Positions 46,154-54,863 of a stretch of 64,000 bases of DNA are shown here, piece after piece. The stretch lies in IMG/VR virus record IMGVR_UViG_3300021471_000006, positions 45,486-109,485 of that record. The stretch is one strand, 5' to 3'. The position numbers and the translations under genes were made by a program. The DNA is from a virus. Every line of letters starts with the position of its first letter. The first letter of the stretch is position 1. The notes under the pieces are model-generated. The model ran no database searches. It had not been told where the DNA came from and saw only the letters and a list, made by a program, of their open reading frames with translations.

Positions 46154-47246
46154 TGCACTAACTTACGAAGAATTGGCTATGGAATCTGGTCTTTCTTATG
46201 ATGGGGTACGTGGAAGAGTATCTGAATTAAGACAGAGGGGATTCAATATAGAAAGAGTTAAGGAAGGAAAAAATACTCTACTCTCTTTTTCTGGAAAATT
46301 AGAAAAAGAAAGAGATAAACTTTTACGACCACATACATATGGAGACATGATAAGTAGAAGAACAAGAAGTTTAGAAGACTTCTATGGAATTACTGACTTT
46401 TTAAATGAGATTAGAAAATCTAATCCAAAAGTAAAAAAGAAGGCAATTCATTTAAAAAATAAATGTGGACTACTAATGTTATCAGATATACATTTTGGTA
46501 GTATAGTGAGAGATGGAGAAAAGAAAATATACGATACAGAAATTGCACTCTCAAGAATGAGAGAACTTACAGAAAAAGTCATAGATAAAATAAAAGAAGA
46601 AAAACTAGATAGCATATATATTGCTGTTCTTGGAGATATAGTAGATGGAGACGCAGTTTATAGAAACCAGACTTACAATATTGAAAAGGCTGCTGTAGAA
46701 CAAGTCAAAGATGCAGTAACTGCAATATCTAATATGATAAAATCTTTAATTAATGCTGGCGTTAAAGTTGTTGTTGGCTGTGTTCGTGGAAATCATGGAG
46801 TAACTAACTATAAAAATCTAGAACAGGATAATTGGGACAATGTGGTTTATGATATGTTAAATCTGGTTTTCACAGATAATAAGAATGTAATTATAAATCA
46901 TTATGCAAACAGAGAGGCAAAAGTAAAAATACTAGATAAACAAGTAGTAATAACGCATGGAGACATTCTTGGAAATCAAATAAGAACCGCATCTGGAGCA
47001 CAGGCATTTAGAGGACTGATTGGAAAACATAAACTCTTTGATAATGACTTAATCTTAATTGGACATCTACATACATTTGAATTTATGGTAGACCAGAGCA
47101 AGATGTTAGTTAGAAATGGCGCTATGCAATCAACTTCAGATTATGCTCTAAGTAATAACTTTTATAATGTTCCAGAACAAACATTTATGGTATTGGAAGA
47201 GGGAATAGTATATCCCAAAATATTTCCAATAGAATTTAGTGGGTGA
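46092..47246 (+). CDS. wHTH plus metallophosphoesterase (DP1/exonuclease-like)
   Basis: HTH (LSYDGVRGRVSELR); SDIH, GDIVDG, GNHG, HGD, GHLH. Confidence 0.85.
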   Translation: MNEKPLSESQLKVLLTLEENDALTYEELAMESGLSYDGVRGRVSELRQRGFNIERVKEGKNTLLSFSGKLEKERDKLLRPHTYGDMISRRTRSLEDFYGITDFLNEIRKSNPKVKKKAIHLKNKCGLLMLSDIHFGSIVRDGEKKIYDTEIALSRMRELTEKVIDKIKEEKLDSIYIAVLGDIVDGDAVYRNQTYNIEKAAVEQVKDAVTAISNMIKSLINAGVKVVVGCVRGNHGVTNYKNLEQDNWDNVVYDMLNLVFTDNKNVIINHYANREAKVKILDKQVVITHGDILGNQIRTASGAQAFRGLIGKHKLFDNDLILIGHLHTFEFMVDQSKMLVRNGAMQSTSDYALSNNFYNVPEQTFMVLEEGIVYPKIFPIEFSG

Positions 47247-47252
47247 AAAAAA

Positions 47253-47648
47253 ATGACAATAGATAAATATATTGGTTATCTTGGAGCATTGGTTCTGGGA
47301 GCATATGGCACCTATCTTTATATGCTCATAGATAAAATAAGAATTGAAACTAGAGATAAATTATTTCTATTAGAACGCACTATAAGAAGTGAGTTGGAGA
47401 ATAGACTTCTATCTTTAGATGCCCAGATTAAAAAAATAGATGAACTAATTGCAGAATTTCCCACAGTTGAAGAAATTGCAAGAGAAGTGATGTCAATGAA
47501 AATTCCAATATCAAGTCTTCCTAAAAGTACACAAGATGCAATAGGAAGAGCACTTGGAGAAATGAAAAGACAAGATACTAAAAAAAATAAGAAAGACTCA
47601 GACCTTCCATTTACTACTAAAACAGATGAGGACACATATATAGGATAG
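47253..47648 (+). CDS. Membrane-anchored coiled-coil protein
   Basis: N-terminal hydrophobic helix. Confidence 0.65.
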   Translation: MTIDKYIGYLGALVLGAYGTYLYMLIDKIRIETRDKLFLLERTIRSELENRLLSLDAQIKKIDELIAEFPTVEEIAREVMSMKIPISSLPKSTQDAIGRALGEMKRQDTKKNKKDSDLPFTTKTDEDTYIG

Positions 47649-47658
47649 AGGTGAAAAA

Positions 47659-47913
47659 ATGGAGAGAGAAAAGTTAGTATCTAGTTGGGACGAGCTAGTG
47701 AAATTTGTAGATAACATAAACTATTTTCAAAAAACACTAGTTTTAACTGGATGGATTAGAGAGCCCAATAACGGGGATTTTTTTATTAGAAAACTGTCTT
47801 TTTCAACTATACCAGTTAAAATTATAAAAGAGCTGAAAAAAGATGTCGACAGTACAAAGCAGAAAACAAAAAGCAAGAAGACTACAACAAGAAGTCGTAA
47901 GAAAAATACTTGA
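47659..47913 (+). CDS. Hypothetical protein
   Basis: GAGGTGA RBS. Confidence 0.55.
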   Translation: MEREKLVSSWDELVKFVDNINYFQKTLVLTGWIREPNNGDFFIRKLSFSTIPVKIIKELKKDVDSTKQKTKSKKTTTRSRKKNT

Positions 47914-48184
47914 ACTATTTCCAGAAGAACTTACAGAACGAGATGTACGTTCAGCTCCTATGGGAACAACTGGAGAGGATGTAGTGCTTTCAGAAAAGGG
48001 AACAAAGAAATTTCCATTTGCTGTGGAATGTAAGAATAGGGAAAAATTGAATATTTGGGCAGCACTTGAACAAGCAGAGTTAAGAGATGGAAATCTGACT
48101 CCGTTAGTAGTATTTAAGAGAAATTTCTCTGAAATCTACTGTACTCTTAAATTTGATGATTTTCTGAAAATTTTAAAAAAATAG
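47843..48184 (+). CDS. Holliday junction resolvase-like PD-(D/E)XK nuclease
   Basis: K.K.R.LQ..V, MG..GEDV, FAVECKN.E, P.VVFKRN. Confidence 0.8.
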   Translation: MSTVQSRKQKARRLQQEVVRKILELFPEELTERDVRSAPMGTTGEDVVLSEKGTKKFPFAVECKNREKLNIWAALEQAELRDGNLTPLVVFKRNFSEIYCTLKFDDFLKILKK

Positions 48185-48408
48185 GCTAGAAATAATGATT
48201 TTTTTAATAAAATTTGTGTTTTTAATATACTGAGGTATGTTTTACACAAAAAACAAGCTATAAAAGCGAAAAGTTTAAATATGAGAAGTGACTTAATTAT
48301 TATTAACCCGCTAATGAGGGTAAAATTTTAATACATTTTCTACAATTTTAACTAGATAGTATTGGATTGTAGAAGATGTCATTTAAAAAATAGAGAGGTG
48401 TATACAAC

Positions 48409-50106
48409 ATGGCTAAGAAAACAGATGCATCTGCAGAAAAACTAAAAGCAGTCAAAAAGTACGGCCCTATGGCTTTGGCTTTGATTTTGGCAGCATTAGT
48501 ATTGTTTTTTGCTGGTGCGAACTCCGGTCTGAAAAACGACTTGGAAGTTGCTGAAGTAGAGATAGCTAATCTTGCAGAAGAGAGAGCAGCTCTAGTAGAA
48601 GTAAATGAAGAGTTGGATAGTAGGGTTGGAGCGTTGGAAGAGCAAGTGTCAGACCTTGAGTCCGTAAATGAAGCTCTAGAAACAGAGAAAAGTGAACTCG
48701 AGGAAATACGTACAGAACTTGAACAGGAACTGGCACAGATAGAACTTGGAGAGGTGGTTGAAGGGTATTTAATAGATGAAATAGACTTCGGAAGCGACCT
48801 TGAAGAAGTTATCGACGACGGAGAATACGATGTTCTACAGGATGGAAAAATCGAATTCGATGGAGATAAGTATGATGTCCACGAAGAGATATTACTATCT
48901 AGTGATGTAGTCTTAATGACAAGTGGATTCGGGTATGACGAAGAGTTGGCAGAAGCACCCTACCTAGGATTTTTATCCAAAGGTGCAATAGCTTATAGAT
49001 TTGTCTTTGATGATGATTTTGATATGACAGAAGTCAGTGAAGATGAACCATTAAAGATGGACTTCCTTGGAAGGCGCTTAGAGATTATAAGCATCGATGC
49101 CGACGAAATGGTAGTCAGAGATGCTAACAAGTATACATTACTTGAGAGCGAAGAGCAACTAGTAGAGGGATTATCAATAACTCTAATCGATGTTGGGTTA
49201 AACGAGGATGTAGCTATTCTAGAGATAGATGGTGAATTGTTCTATGTTGACCTAAATGAAGACATATCAGTTGGTGATAAAGAACTAATAGTTGACGAAA
49301 TTATAGCGACCAACTCAGAAGATAAAATAGATGTAGCTATAGTATATGTCGGTGACGGTGTTGCAGATGAATACGAGAATGGCGACTATTTACTAGAGAA
49401 ACCAGATTGGTATTTTTATTGGGATACTGCGAGCGACAATTTGAATTTCTTTGAACTATCGTACGAAGAAAAATCCGACGAATTAGATGACGACTATTCT
49501 CCACTGGCTATTGGAGAGAGTTTAATGTTCCCCTGGGAGTCATTTAAACTTGAATTCATGGGCTATGAGAGTGAAGTAAGTTACATGGACGTTGAAATGT
49601 TTTTCGATTGTGAAGACGCCAAAGACGATTTAACATCAGATACTTGTGGTGTCTGGTTAGAAACAAACGAAGAAATATTTTTAGTAGATGATGAAGAAGT
49701 GGACTCAGTATTCCTAGTGAGAACTGGTTCATTTAATTGGGATATCTACTATGAAAACGATGACGGCGATTTCACTGAAGCTGGTTCTGATTTAGATATC
49801 AAATTCGAAGATACTGAATTAGAAGTAGAACTAGAAACAAGTGGAGACGGAGATATCGTCATAGACGATGGATTTGGTGAAATAAGATTCGATGTGAGGC
49901 CGCTAGATGAAAAACTGGGGGACATCCAAGACGAATCTGAAGCTGATGAAATTAAATACGGTGGCAACTCATTTGGTACAAGTGAATTTGACGTATTAAC
50001 TGGATATGGAATTATTCTAGTGAGTCCAGATTCACATGGAGAAGATGACGAGGCATTGTTCAGAATTCCGTCAGAACAAGTACAAGGAAGAGTAAGAGTT
50101 ATTTAA
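48409..50106 (+). CDS. Acidic S-layer-like surface protein with N-terminal membrane anchor and coiled coil
   Basis: Signal/TM helix, heptads, L.DG.I.FDG.KYD.HEEI...YRFVFD...L...FLGR.LEI resembling archaeal S-layer proteins; own promoter (48268-48281) and terminator. Confidence 0.65.
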   Translation: MAKKTDASAEKLKAVKKYGPMALALILAALVLFFAGANSGLKNDLEVAEVEIANLAEERAALVEVNEELDSRVGALEEQVSDLESVNEALETEKSELEEIRTELEQELAQIELGEVVEGYLIDEIDFGSDLEEVIDDGEYDVLQDGKIEFDGDKYDVHEEILLSSDVVLMTSGFGYDEELAEAPYLGFLSKGAIAYRFVFDDDFDMTEVSEDEPLKMDFLGRRLEIISIDADEMVVRDANKYTLLESEEQLVEGLSITLIDVGLNEDVAILEIDGELFYVDLNEDISVGDKELIVDEIIATNSEDKIDVAIVYVGDGVADEYENGDYLLEKPDWYFYWDTASDNLNFFELSYEEKSDELDDDYSPLAIGESLMFPWESFKLEFMGYESEVSYMDVEMFFDCEDAKDDLTSDTCGVWLETNEEIFLVDDEEVDSVFLVRTGSFNWDIYYENDDGDFTEAGSDLDIKFEDTELEVELETSGDGDIVIDDGFGEIRFDVRPLDEKLGDIQDESEADEIKYGGNSFGTSEFDVLTGYGIILVSPDSHGEDDEALFRIPSEQVQGRVRVI

Positions 50107-50153
50107 CTCTTCCATTTTTTATTTTTTTTAAATATAATATAGAGAGGTAAAAT

Positions 50154-50285
50154 ATGAATTTTGATTTAGAGATGCATAAAGCTGTTTGTTCAGAATGTGG
50201 TAAAGAATGTGAAGTTCCTTTTAAACCAGATGCAGATAGACCAGTTTATTGTCAAGAATGCTATAGAAATAAACGAAGATACTAG
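50154..50285 (+). CDS. CxxC-x17-CxxC domain protein (43 aa, not in ORF track)
   Basis: MHKAVCSECGKECEVPFKPDADRPVYCQEC. Confidence 0.85.
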   Translation: MNFDLEMHKAVCSECGKECEVPFKPDADRPVYCQECYRNKRRY

Positions 50286-50340
50286 TTCTTAGTTGAATTT
50301 TTAGAAACATTTATATATTAGAAGTAGCTTTAGCTATAAT

Positions 50341-50655
50341 ATGAGCCTAAATAAATCTCTAAAAACTGCTCTAAGAAAGCAATATAATTTACCAGAGAAA
50401 GCTCTAGAATTAATAGTAGAGCTTGAATATGACGAGTTTAGAAGAGAAATAGAAAATGTAGTAGATATGCATCTTTTAAAAATAGATGAGCATCAAAGCT
50501 CTATCGTATATGCAAAAAGAGCGTTTTACAGAGCTACCGATTATAGAAAAACTCATTTAGTAAAATATTATAAATTACCAGACGGCACTGTGGGATTTGT
50601 AGTTATTAGAAGAAAACCTAAAATTGGATACGAGTCTAAAAATGGAACAGAATGA
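50341..50655 (+). CDS. Hypothetical protein
   Basis: TATA at 50304-50317, leaderless start. Confidence 0.7.
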   Translation: MSLNKSLKTALRKQYNLPEKALELIVELEYDEFRREIENVVDMHLLKIDEHQSSIVYAKRAFYRATDYRKTHLVKYYKLPDGTVGFVVIRRKPKIGYESKNGTE

Positions 50656-50941
50656 GATGCCCGAATATCTAGAAGATTTAGTAAACACTCTTATAGATAA
50701 ATATGTAGCATATATGTTTAAAAGAGGGACTAGTAAAAAAGAGGGCTGTGGCTGCAGAAGCTGTTATAATGATGCTGTTTCTATAGCAAACTGGTATTTA
50801 AGAAAAGAAAAAAGAGTTGCACAATTAGAAATTGATGACTTAGAATATGCTACTATAAAAGATTATTATAGGCACCATCCCGAAGAATTTCATGACGATG
50901 ATGATTTTAGAACAAGGGGCTTATACTCAAATTCTACTTGA
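50642..50941 (+). CDS. Hypothetical protein
   Basis: CGCRSC motif. Confidence 0.6.
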   Translation: MEQNEMPEYLEDLVNTLIDKYVAYMFKRGTSKKEGCGCRSCYNDAVSIANWYLRKEKRVAQLEIDDLEYATIKDYYRHHPEEFHDDDDFRTRGLYSNST

Positions 50942-51049
50942 CGCAGGTAAATGCATCAAAAATCGATTATTTTCTGAACCATATTTTTATACTAGTTAGA
51001 AAAAAAGATTGAACCTATAGCCATTTACCGAACTCAGGTGGCAAATTTA
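50941..51049. repeat. Inverted pair of conserved boxes at the strand switch
   Basis: GCAGGTAAA-N5-CAAAA-ATCG on + and a related copy on -; homologous to 5089-5114 and 27343-27406. Confidence 0.6.
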
Positions 51050-51062
51050 TACTATATTTCTA

Positions 51063-52343
51063 TTATACTATCAGACTTTTAATAAAGTCTACTACTTTCT
51101 TAATTTTATAAACAAGTTCTCCAAATGTTCCTGGAGATGTATTTCCAGAAACAGTCACACTCCAAGGATTTCCAGCACCACCAGCATCAGATAATGCCTT
51201 TCCAGTTGAACCGGCTGTGGTATGGTCTGAAGTAGGTTCGTCCCAAACAGCATCTGTAATATTGCTTGGATTAACTACGTTTTCACTAATTATTGTTGCT
51301 CCCATTGAATTATCATTTAAACCTGCTACTCCTCTTATGTAAATAGTTCCAGCTGTAACAGTACTATCTATAGTTACTTCGCCCGCATTCATATCTATTG
51401 TTGCTTTTTCTGTTCCTGTTTTGTTTATTAACTTAATATGACCATTATGTCCACTCAGACTGAGTTTCTGTCCACTTCCACCAAAATCTATAATTGGAGG
51501 ATTAGAATCAACTGCAGTCCAACAATTTAAAATATTAGCATCAGCACCATTTCCCAACTGTATTGTTCCCGGTTCAAATAAACAGTTACATATAAATCCA
51601 TCAAAATATATAATATCGGCAAGTCTGCTATTCGTAATTATATTACCACCGTCTAGAGTTCCAGTAAGTCTGCAATTTTGAAATATGGTATCTGTAACAT
51701 TTGCTCCTGTCTCTACTGTAACAGTGGTATGTACTTGGTCTTGTCCATGAATATTCATTCCAGATACGTTGTCTCCCGTGGTTAGAGTAATATCGTCTTT
51801 TATATATAAGTTATAAAAACCGCGCTCTGCTGCTATACTCATAGCATCAGAAATATTATTCACCGGCTGTAACGGCGTCCCTACTGGAAAGTCTGTTCCT
51901 GAATATGGACTTGAAATTTCCACAGTTACTCCATCATTAAATGAGGAGTGTTGTATAGAAGATAATTCTTGTAATGTTGCACTTGAAGAAGCAGTTAATG
52001 TAACTGTAACATAACTTGCTGGCTCTATGGGATTACCATAAGTCTCTGCTACTGTATCATATCTTACTAAGTTCCCTCCAGTAACATTACAAAGAGTATA
52101 ACTTGGTCCCGCACGGTCTTGAAACTTTAGTTTCCAATCTAATAAAGTTACAGTAATACCAACCAAGACTCCCCCACCAAGGTCTTGTTTTCCAGAAGCA
52201 TCAAGAACTTTATACATTTCCATATTATCTAATTCATCTTCCCAGTCTCTCACTAGGTTGACCAGTTCTTGCATAGTTATCTCTGTATCTGGTGCTAATA
52301 CTGTAATTATCTTATTGGGCTTGTCAAAACTAAGTGAAACCAT
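51063..52343 (-). CDS. Putative virion/tail fibre-associated protein (beta-helix-like)
   Basis: Thr/Gly/Asn-rich; AVWDE...H...GSTG motif typical of viral structural proteins. Confidence 0.6.
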   Translation of the reverse strand: MVSLSFDKPNKIITVLAPDTEITMQELVNLVRDWEDELDNMEMYKVLDASGKQDLGGGVLVGITVTLLDWKLKFQDRAGPSYTLCNVTGGNLVRYDTVAETYGNPIEPASYVTVTLTASSSATLQELSSIQHSSFNDGVTVEISSPYSGTDFPVGTPLQPVNNISDAMSIAAERGFYNLYIKDDITLTTGDNVSGMNIHGQDQVHTTVTVETGANVTDTIFQNCRLTGTLDGGNIITNSRLADIIYFDGFICNCLFEPGTIQLGNGADANILNCWTAVDSNPPIIDFGGSGQKLSLSGHNGHIKLINKTGTEKATIDMNAGEVTIDSTVTAGTIYIRGVAGLNDNSMGATIISENVVNPSNITDAVWDEPTSDHTTAGSTGKALSDAGGAGNPWSVTVSGNTSPGTFGELVYKIKKVVDFIKSLIV

Positions 52344-52406
52344 TTATCTTCCTCGCTTCTTATTTGCTTCCCTCCCAAAAATAAAGAAGGAAAAAAAATA
52401 AAAAAT

Positions 52407-54824
52407 TTAAGACACAATACTGTCGGCTGTTCTAATTGCTGCTACAGACAATCCACTAGTATTAATTGTACCAGATGTTTCGAAAGGTAAGATACCTTTT
52501 AAACGCACTCTAATTAATACTGCTCTGTTAGAACTGTAAATAACAGTTTCTTCTGCAGATGTACCAGTTGCTGTAGTATCAATAAACGGTATATATATCG
52601 TATCAGTACTACCATAACCACCACTATGTGCAGTAGATAAGTTAATTGCACTTCCAGACCAAGAGTCATAAAATATTCTCTCTTCAGTCTCTGCAGATGT
52701 ATCAACAATTCTGACATATCCCGAGTCTGGTGTATCGCTATCTAAAGCTGTTGCAATCCACAGTGTAGTTCCAGCACCGGAATTATCGTCTGTTAGAGCA
52801 TACATAGCCTTATCTATACTTCCAGAACTTGTTCTAAATACAGAAACTCTATCTCCAGCCTGTATAGATGAAATTTTAACTGTAACACTAACAGGCGGCG
52901 TTCTTGTATTTCCATTAGAATCTATTAACTGGAAATTTTGACTGTCAGCACTAGCCATGTTTTGTAACCAGACACCCTGTGCACCGAATAATACTCCACC
53001 AGCGAATGTTCCAAGCGGACTCGCTTTTTTAGGCGTATAACTATTAGCCGGAGTGTCTTCATCGATGTAGGCTCTGATATATTCTTCACCATCTAAGGTA
53101 TTGAATGTTAAAGACGCACCAGAAAGTTTTAAACTATACATACTAAATGTACTGTCTTCTCTAGTTACATACTTAAAATATTCATACACTTGTGCCAAAG
53201 TTCTTCCTCTACATTCAACAACCACATCATAATCGTAAGCTGATTGCTGAGAGAAATTCTTTTGTACTGTGTGGTCAAGAGTTAATGCACTGTTTGTTGT
53301 AGCATATTCGCTTCCATCATCATTGAGCATTGTTTCGCCAGATTCCCATGTACCAGTAACGTTTCCTAAGAACACGGAACCACCACTTACTCCTGGGTCG
53401 TATAATACTACTCCAGTAGCTCCAGAATTTTGTCCAGTGACATTCATGCCCACATCTAGTGTATTATTAGAGTCTACTCCAATATGTCCATTCATAAACC
53501 AGATTCCAATATCGTCATATCCTGCTACTGCTCTTAAGTTTGTAACTCCATCTAAAGTGACTTTTCCTTCTGTAGAGCCATTAACTATTTCAGAAGACTG
53601 AAAAGCGGTATAATAACTTGAATCAGCTTGATAGTCTCCATTTGTATCCATAAGAAGTAATCCATCATTAGATAAATTAGACACGCCTCTAAGAATACCC
53701 TTAGCTCCAGATGCGCTGCCCACCATAACTTGTCCTAAAGTTGTGGGTTCTACTGTTTCTGTATCATAACTAACTAATATGCTTCCATCTGTACCATTAG
53801 TACTTCCATATGCACTCGATGTGTGTCCCCAAAATGTATCATTGTCACTTATAGTACCCTTTAATCCTCCAATTCCTACATATCCTGTGGAACCATTGTC
53901 CTGAACTGAAACTACTTCTGCGCTCCATGTTCCATTTAATTCTTGAACAATTTCTCCAGCTGAGAAAGTTAAGTCTGTACTATCAAATAACAAATATTTT
54001 TCTGGACTATCGTTATCGAGGTCAGTTGCTGTAGACAACGGTACCGCATTACGTCCACCATCTGTAAGGTCAATCTCAAAGTTATCATACAGGTCTCCAT
54101 ATTGTCGTGCGAAAACTGTAATGACTGCATTATCTATCTCTGTACCAGCCTCTTTGACTTGAATAAGCACATCTATATGTCCCCTTTCCCAATTTGTTAG
54201 GTCGCTCCACTCGCTTATAGCGGAACCGTTTTGGAATATATAGATTTGTGGTGATGGAGAACTCTCAATTGTACCAAGAGTATAAACGTTAGCAAACAGT
54301 TCTTCTCCAGAAGCAGATGCTCCATCTGCAGTTCCATCAGCTGAAGACCCTGTTATAGTCATAGCTGAAGAGTCAGCTATCTGTGCCGGGGTTTCTCTCT
54401 CATCCCTAACCCACCACGTTTGAGTTGTTCCAGACTTAGTAATAAAACCAAGTAACGGTCCTACCGTAGTACCATCATCTTTTACGTCTTTACCAACATC
54501 AGATGACTGTGCCTGAGTTGATTGTGAATCAACCTCTAACTTTTGGATGACCCAATTAGCATATCCACTAGTTTCGATTGCACCACCACTAAGATATTTG
54601 TGGGCATAGCTATCTTCACTAATGTCAAGCCACCAGCCATTAATCATGGTATAAGCGGTAGGAGTCTGTGCACTCATAGGTACTTCATCGTCCATTTGAT
54701 TTAATTCATCAAAAGTGTCTTGCAACCAAGAGTACAGAGCATTTACTGTATACACTGTGTCCCCTGTATTATGATAGATTCTCTTGTTTGTATAATCTAT
54801 TGCAAAGTCGTCTCCTATTGCCAT
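52407..54824 (-). CDS. Putative virion structural (tail) protein, paralog of 54864..57380
   Basis: Internal F..GE.V.G..SGA.G repeats; C-terminal KGILPFETSGTI. Confidence 0.65.
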   Translation of the reverse strand: MAIGDDFAIDYTNKRIYHNTGDTVYTVNALYSWLQDTFDELNQMDDEVPMSAQTPTAYTMINGWWLDISEDSYAHKYLSGGAIETSGYANWVIQKLEVDSQSTQAQSSDVGKDVKDDGTTVGPLLGFITKSGTTQTWWVRDERETPAQIADSSAMTITGSSADGTADGASASGEELFANVYTLGTIESSPSPQIYIFQNGSAISEWSDLTNWERGHIDVLIQVKEAGTEIDNAVITVFARQYGDLYDNFEIDLTDGGRNAVPLSTATDLDNDSPEKYLLFDSTDLTFSAGEIVQELNGTWSAEVVSVQDNGSTGYVGIGGLKGTISDNDTFWGHTSSAYGSTNGTDGSILVSYDTETVEPTTLGQVMVGSASGAKGILRGVSNLSNDGLLLMDTNGDYQADSSYYTAFQSSEIVNGSTEGKVTLDGVTNLRAVAGYDDIGIWFMNGHIGVDSNNTLDVGMNVTGQNSGATGVVLYDPGVSGGSVFLGNVTGTWESGETMLNDDGSEYATTNSALTLDHTVQKNFSQQSAYDYDVVVECRGRTLAQVYEYFKYVTREDSTFSMYSLKLSGASLTFNTLDGEEYIRAYIDEDTPANSYTPKKASPLGTFAGGVLFGAQGVWLQNMASADSQNFQLIDSNGNTRTPPVSVTVKISSIQAGDRVSVFRTSSGSIDKAMYALTDDNSGAGTTLWIATALDSDTPDSGYVRIVDTSAETEERIFYDSWSGSAINLSTAHSGGYGSTDTIYIPFIDTTATGTSAEETVIYSSNRAVLIRVRLKGILPFETSGTINTSGLSVAAIRTADSIVS

Positions 54825-54863
54825 TTTTCCCTCCTTTATATTTTATATTAATTATCTCTCACC

